Virus record (IMG/VR): IMGVR_UViG_3300006028_000003
Coordinates: 1 to 64,000 of that record
From: a virus
Length of the DNA: 64,000 bases
Strand: one strand, 5' to 3'
Below, one piece after another: positions 59,156-64,000 of the stretch; within the stretch, counting starts at the first letter, position 1; every line of letters starts with the position of its first letter. A program made the position numbers and the translations under genes. The notes below the pieces were generated by a model that was not told the DNA's origin, searched no databases, and saw only the letters and a program-made list of their open reading frames with translations.

Positions 59156-59908
59156 CTACAATGAGAGGACCATCTTGATGTAGGAGTCGCTCATCTCGAT
59201 CCCGAAGTCATTCTGCAACGAGTCGATGGCCTCGCGGGTCGTCATTGTAACAAAAGATTGGGTTACTGGCACCCAGCCGCGGTAGGTGCAGACGACTTCG
59301 ATCGGCGCGTAGGGGAGAAGGATCTTCGCGTTGAAGTCCATCCACAACTGCTGCTGATAGGTGAGCACCCAACCGCCAGGCCAATGGGAGCTCCCGGTGA
59401 CCATATCGGCCAACGTACTCAACGGGGTGTATTTGTTGGCGACGTCGTAGCGAGGCGCGCCTTGGATGCTCAGCTTTGCTTCGATCCCCGACTGGAAGCC
59501 GAAGAAGAAGTCGCTGAACGCTTGGAATTGGTTTTGGTTCGCGGTCGAAGATTCGTTCTGAACCCTCACCACCAACGCATCGATGAGGGTGTCCTGAACG
59601 ATCTTGACGTCGGAGCCGACCCCGGTAATGACCGAAGTTGCGGTATCGGGGAAGATTGCCCGGACGTTGATGATGTAAGGCGCGAGGGGAACTCCCTTCG
59701 CCTTGGCGAGAGCGAGCCTCGGAGAACCCGCCGCCAGCATCGCGTAGACGCCGGCAGCGAGGGGTCCGAGGACATTGTCGGTGCAGTCGCAGCTCCCCAT
59801 ACCGAAGGCTTTCACCTTCGGCTTTGGGGGGGCTCCGAGACCCGCTGTTTTCGAGAGCAGCTTTTCGAGTTGCTCGTTGGAGATCCAGGCTCCTGCTTGC
59901 TGAGTCAT
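59156..59908 (-). CDS. Hypothetical protein, candidate capsid component
   Basis: 250 aa, AAGGAGGT RBS, beta-strand patterns; function inferred from position. Confidence 0.45.
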   Translation of the reverse strand: MTQQAGAWISNEQLEKLLSKTAGLGAPPKPKVKAFGMGSCDCTDNVLGPLAAGVYAMLAAGSPRLALAKAKGVPLAPYIINVRAIFPDTATSVITGVGSDVKIVQDTLIDALVVRVQNESSTANQNQFQAFSDFFFGFQSGIEAKLSIQGAPRYDVANKYTPLSTLADMVTGSSHWPGGWVLTYQQQLWMDFNAKILLPYAPIEVVCTYRGWVPVTQSFVTMTTREAIDSLQNDFGIEMSDSYIKMVLSL

Positions 59909-59941
59909 CGAGGGTTACCTCCTTTCAGGGGGTAGCCCCGA

Positions 59942-61297
59942 TCACTGCGCTGCGAACCGCATCCCGACGCACTCGAACACGGCCGCGCGGATGTCGGCGC
60001 TCGCACTGAGCTGGTTGTACCAATCCTGGGAGACTTCGAAGCCGCGGATCGGGAGGGTCAACTTGAGGTCGCCAGACTGGTAGACAACGCGCTCGGCGTC
60101 GACTTGCTGCGCGACGTCGGTTCCGTCGAGGGTGCGCTCCAACATGACGGGAGAAGCGCCGCCTGCGGTCGGCTCCGCGATCCAGTTGCTGTCCGACGTG
60201 AAGATCGGGGGGATGCTCCCGCCGAAGCCCTGCGTGATGCTGAGGAACTGGCGCATCTGGTCGCCTTCCACGGAGTCACACTCCTGAAGGAAGATCCCGA
60301 TCGGAACGCCGCGGGGGATCACGTAGGGGACGCAGAGCTTGCGCATCTCCTTGTTGCCGTTGAGCATCGACCGGAGATCCATGCCGCCGTAGGTGGCGCC
60401 GACGATCTCGAAGTCACGCGTCGGGGTGAACCGCCCGACGTTGACACCGCCGGTGGCCGCAGAGCCGAGCCGAAGGAAGTCGACGCGGCTGAAGTTGAGG
60501 GCCGTGCCGAGCTCATCGTAGCGCTGGTTCAGGTTGCGCTCGAAGGTGACGGTATCGACCTCAGAGCTGGAAGCAGAGCCTTCCTGCGCCGACGGAGGCA
60601 TGTACGCCGTGTGACGGAGCTGATCGTCGCAGATGTTGGTGTGCTGACCGATCTTCCACCGGTAGTTATAGGCGCGGCTCATGTGCCAGCAGACGTAGTT
60701 CGCCCACCACCCGTGACGCCACACCGCGGGGAGAGCGACGCCCGTGGGGCTTGCGCCTGCGAAAGCGGCGCCGAGAGCTCCGTTGAAGCGGTCGTTCTGG
60801 GTGAAGACGTCAGGAGAAGGCGGCTTCGCAACAGCGGCCGTCGGATGCGTAAACGCATTGCCCCGGGCGGTGAAGCAGAGGGGTTCCGGCTCCATGATGA
60901 AGCCGACATAGCAGGCGACGAAGTTCGTCTGGGTCTGCCCGGTCTGCGCCATCGTGGTTTCCACGAAGTCGATTCCGAAGGGCGACTTGCCGGCGCCGAA
61001 GAGGTCGATCTCCGCGCCGAAGTTACTCCGGACGCTTTCGTCGACCTGAGGGCCGGTCATCGTCCATCGGACTTCCTCGATCACGTCCATGTTCCAGTAG
61101 GGGGTGTTGCTTGACTCCTGCATCAGGTCGATGATGCTTCCGAACCCAGACTTGAGGGTCGCGGCGTCCTTGACCTTACTGAGGTCGAGCGCTCGGCCCT
61201 GACCAACCTGGTATCGATCGCTGGGCCGCTCCCTCTTGCGGATTTCCGCCGCCCGAGGGGCGACATTGCGAGACTGAACGAGACCTCTGTAATCCAT
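59942..61297 (-). CDS. Candidate major capsid protein (non-HK97)
   Basis: 451 aa, GGAGA RBS, visibly strong C/G-ending codon bias, directly downstream of the basic core-like gene; no family recognised. Confidence 0.45.
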   Translation of the reverse strand: MDYRGLVQSRNVAPRAAEIRKRERPSDRYQVGQGRALDLSKVKDAATLKSGFGSIIDLMQESSNTPYWNMDVIEEVRWTMTGPQVDESVRSNFGAEIDLFGAGKSPFGIDFVETTMAQTGQTQTNFVACYVGFIMEPEPLCFTARGNAFTHPTAAVAKPPSPDVFTQNDRFNGALGAAFAGASPTGVALPAVWRHGWWANYVCWHMSRAYNYRWKIGQHTNICDDQLRHTAYMPPSAQEGSASSSEVDTVTFERNLNQRYDELGTALNFSRVDFLRLGSAATGGVNVGRFTPTRDFEIVGATYGGMDLRSMLNGNKEMRKLCVPYVIPRGVPIGIFLQECDSVEGDQMRQFLSITQGFGGSIPPIFTSDSNWIAEPTAGGASPVMLERTLDGTDVAQQVDAERVVYQSGDLKLTLPIRGFEVSQDWYNQLSASADIRAAVFECVGMRFAAQ

Positions 61298-61396
61298 GAT
61301 GCGATTCTCCGTGGTTAGGTGGCCCTCTTAGGCGCCCACCAGTTTTGAACCGCACTCAGCTTTCGTTTCCCCGGAAGCTGGAATCTTGCTCAAGAT

Positions 61397-62959
61397 CTAT
61401 TCGTCGTTGAAGCCCCAGTTGAAGCGGTTTCGGCCGCCATTCTTGGGGACTCCGGTAAGGTTCTGCATGTTGAGGCTCGGCGGAGGAGCCGCGGGGGGTG
61501 GCGGGGGAGGAGGCGGCGGGGCCGTCATCTGGGGGGTCGGCGCCTGGGTTTGGGCGTTTTGGGAGGTTTCCCGGGGCATGCTCGGGTAACCCAGGTTTTT
61601 TTGCTCGCAGGGAGCGCAATCACCAAGGGGTTTCCCAAGCTGGGGCCTTCCGAGGCCTGCTGAGGGGAGGGAAGCCAAATCGGCGGCTTGCTGGTTTCCG
61701 TTGTTCGCCTTGAGAACCGCGGCCCTCATCTCACCGTCGTAGAGGCGCTGGCCGGTTCCCATGCCCTTGGTGAGCGTCGCGATTGCGTCGATGGCGCCCT
61801 TACCAACGACTCGAACTCCCCAGCCGAACGCTGCGAATTGCATCGAAGCGCGGACCATCGGGGCCTTGACGAAACTCGCGGTGACGAACATCACCGCGGG
61901 AACGCCGATGCCGGCGGCCCATCGGCCAAGATCCATCGGAGCGCAAATCGCGGTCGGATTGAAGAGCCCGGAATAACTCCCGGAAGTCGGAGGGTTGTCG
62001 GCGTAGAGCTCGTTTCCGTTCGCATCCTTGGTGCCCTTATCGGTCAGGGCGTGGGTCGCGATGAAGCGGTCGAGAGCATCGCCGCCGAGGAAGCCGAGGG
62101 TGCCGAAGATCGAGGCGACGAAGAGCTCACCGCCAGTCAAGCCGTATTGGCTTGGGTTGCGCCTCGATCGGCCACGGCGTCGACCACGGCGGCGCTCGGC
62201 CGCGTAGTCTTCACGTCGACTCGACCGGCTTCGGAAGCCCTGCGAAGCCATACGGCCTCGACGGGCCGCGTGGGCCTTTTTGATGTTGCGGCGGGCGGCG
62301 GCGATTTGCTTTCGGCTCGCCTTGCGCTTTCCACCACCGCTCTTGCGGCGACCGCGCGACTTCCGCTTCGGGGCTTTGCCCGCCCGGCGTCGACGTGCCC
62401 AACCCTTTTTGGCTGCCTTCGCGTGCCGACGAGGGGCTCCACGCCATTCGCTTGCGGAGCTCTTTCGGCTCTTCCGACGCCGTTTCGCGGCCTTGCGCTT
62501 CGCCTTGCTGCGCTTGCGCTTCGGGGTCGGGTTGTGCTTTGCGCGCCGCTTACCCTTCGACCGGCGCTTTTTGCGCGGGGTCTCGGAGGCCCGATGTTTC
62601 GATCGACGCGCGGCCTTTGCGGCGCGGATCATCTTCCGCGTAGCGCGCTGTTGCGCAGCGGTGCGAGCCTTCTTGCGACCCTTTTTCTTGGCCATCGGTG
62701 CTTTCCTCGAAGATTTTGCGCCTGACCTGCCTTTCCCCGTTGAAGTTGTGCTCTCTCGAAGTGAAGCGCGGCGGCGATGGTATGTCAAGCCCCTCCCCTT
62801 CTTGTGCGCCTTCTTCTTAGTCTTACGGCGGTAGCCAAAATCTAGCCGCCGGCCTTTTTTGCTCTCCTTGCTACCGGTGATCCGGCCCTTGGCTGTCGCG
62901 GCAAATTCGGGCCCGGATTCACGGTTGGAGTCCAGGCGAGCGAGGTAATCTATCGGCAT
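61397..62959 (-). CDS. Extremely Arg/Lys-rich protein with membrane segments, putative DNA-condensing core protein
   Basis: About 230 aa protamine/histone H1-like tract ending RRNP, hydrophobic helices, poly-Pro C-terminus; alternative start at 62695 (MAKKKG). Confidence 0.7.
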   Translation of the reverse strand: MPIDYLARLDSNRESGPEFAATAKGRITGSKESKKGRRLDFGYRRKTKKKAHKKGRGLTYHRRRASLRESTTSTGKGRSGAKSSRKAPMAKKKGRKKARTAAQQRATRKMIRAAKAARRSKHRASETPRKKRRSKGKRRAKHNPTPKRKRSKAKRKAAKRRRKSRKSSASEWRGAPRRHAKAAKKGWARRRRAGKAPKRKSRGRRKSGGGKRKASRKQIAAARRNIKKAHAARRGRMASQGFRSRSSRREDYAAERRRGRRRGRSRRNPSQYGLTGGELFVASIFGTLGFLGGDALDRFIATHALTDKGTKDANGNELYADNPPTSGSYSGLFNPTAICAPMDLGRWAAGIGVPAVMFVTASFVKAPMVRASMQFAAFGWGVRVVGKGAIDAIATLTKGMGTGQRLYDGEMRAAVLKANNGNQQAADLASLPSAGLGRPQLGKPLGDCAPCEQKNLGYPSMPRETSQNAQTQAPTPQMTAPPPPPPPPPAAPPPSLNMQNLTGVPKNGGRNRFNWGFNDE

Positions 62960-62968
62960 CGAAGCCTC

Positions 62969-63922
62969 CTAGGGGCGCACAAAACCACGGTCGTCCAGTT
63001 GAGCACCGCGGGGGAGCTCCAACCGACAAAACTTTCCGCGTTTGTAGAGGCGGACCTTCTTGTGGCCCCCCAAGAGTGACATCAAGCCCTTGTTGAATTC
63101 ATGGCGAAAATAGCCCGCGCGTCGGCCACTTCGGGTGTAGAAGATGTCCGCCACCTCCCCCAAGTAAGACCAATCCCTCAACGCCTTCGGCGGGGTGTTG
63201 ACCCTTCCGAGGTGACCGTCGCTCCGACCAAAGTAAGCCTTCGCATCGCCTTCGATATCAACCCGGCTTTCTCGAAGCTTAGCCGGCCCAATCAAAACAC
63301 TCTTTGAAGGCCACCATCGGCCGCTCGGGTCATGCATCATCGCTCCGGAGCAATGAATCTCGCGGCCGTCGGCAAGTTCGAAGGTGACCCCGCGCCCCTT
63401 GGCGATAAGGGCCTTGCTTCCTAGTTTTCTTCCGCCGCCGCCGGTGGGATTTTCCTTGGGCCCCTTGAAGATCATCCAACCCATCACCCCGAGGCCCACC
63501 GCGACGAGGCCCCACAAAGCGGCCGCCGCAACGCTAGTCGGTGTCGACGTAGAAGTAGCTTTGACGGGGGTAGCGGGGGTGATCTGCGGCGCTGACGCAA
63601 CCGGGCCTCTTAGATCTGCTTGAATGAGCTTCGCGAGGTCTTGGGCGGTATGAGCGGTCTGGGGTGAAGCGAGGTGCCAGTCGAGCGCTTGCAGTTGGGT
63701 GAGGACCCCATCGATTTCGGGGGGCCAAGAAGTGACCTGCGCCTTGATCGTCGCAACTTGCGGGATGATGGCTTGGTAGGCCTGGACCGCATTTTCCCAC
63801 TTCTTGGCGACCATGAAGGCGTCGCCGGAGTCGATCGTGACCCCGAGGTTCTGCAAGTCGACCGCGGCGGAGCCGAAGCCTTGCGGTATTCCCCCTAGAG
63901 TCGGACACGCTCGTATGTGCAT
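62969..63922 (-). CDS. Single-pass membrane protein, putative virion protein
   Basis: Helical N-terminal domain, Thr/Pro linker, TM AAALWGLVAVGLGVMGWMIF, KENP, basic C-terminal domain. Confidence 0.6.
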   Translation of the reverse strand: MHIRACPTLGGIPQGFGSAAVDLQNLGVTIDSGDAFMVAKKWENAVQAYQAIIPQVATIKAQVTSWPPEIDGVLTQLQALDWHLASPQTAHTAQDLAKLIQADLRGPVASAPQITPATPVKATSTSTPTSVAAAALWGLVAVGLGVMGWMIFKGPKENPTGGGGRKLGSKALIAKGRGVTFELADGREIHCSGAMMHDPSGRWWPSKSVLIGPAKLRESRVDIEGDAKAYFGRSDGHLGRVNTPPKALRDWSYLGEVADIFYTRSGRRAGYFRHEFNKGLMSLLGGHKKVRLYKRGKFCRLELPRGAQLDDRGFVRP

Positions 63923-64000
63923 GAGGCCGTCCGACCCGAGAACGTCATGTCCTACGCCACGTGCACAACGGCCGCAGTATCGAGAGCCATCCTGCCGAAG

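Noticed and set aside
60104-62834. Long plus-strand ORFs (336, 345 and 184 aa)
   Set aside because: Antisense shadows of GC-biased minus-strand genes, with no motifs; the same applies to 7051-7854, 11076-12014 and 52070-52993.
1-64000. Alternative genetic code or stop-codon reassignment
   Set aside because: Long conserved genes are intact under the standard code and coding density is high; the single in-frame TAA near 2500 is better explained as decay.

Overview
The whole window looks like one high-GC virus or prophage genome fragment; I saw no host housekeeping genes, rRNA, tRNA or CRISPR array. Modules in order: (1) 0.2-15 kb, minus strand, replication and recombination: Dda/RecD-like helicase, family A DNA polymerase with an N-terminal UDG-like domain, HD phosphohydrolase, SSB-like protein, Sak4-like ATPase, VapE-like helicase with iteron-like repeats at its 3' end, and truncated Dam and MazG remnants. 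(2) 15-19 kb, plus strand, small genes and a PD-(D/E)XK nuclease. (3) 19-38.5 kb: fibre, spike and collagen-like proteins, a membrane-anchored lytic transglycosylase, lysozyme, a methyltransferase and a glycosyltransferase-methyltransferase fusion, three HNH endonucleases and two lipoproteins. (4) 38.7-49 kb: SNF2 helicase and a dense block of small early-type genes with five copies of TTGAAT-N16/17-CGTCAAAC upstream of ORFs. (5) A tyrosine integrase with an attP-like upstream region. (6) 52.9-64 kb: papain-like protease, GroES and a probable virion operon. That operon has no recognisable terminase, portal, HK97 capsid or tail gene in this window. It has instead an Arg/Lys-rich membrane-anchored core-like protein, three orphan candidate capsid proteins, peptidoglycan-binding membrane proteins and recurring G[FLM]G and basic-NP motifs. 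My main hypothesis is a large, temperate, tailless virus with an internal membrane, possibly infecting Myxococcota. All family assignments are from motif recognition by eye; no searches were run, and the genome continues beyond both edges.
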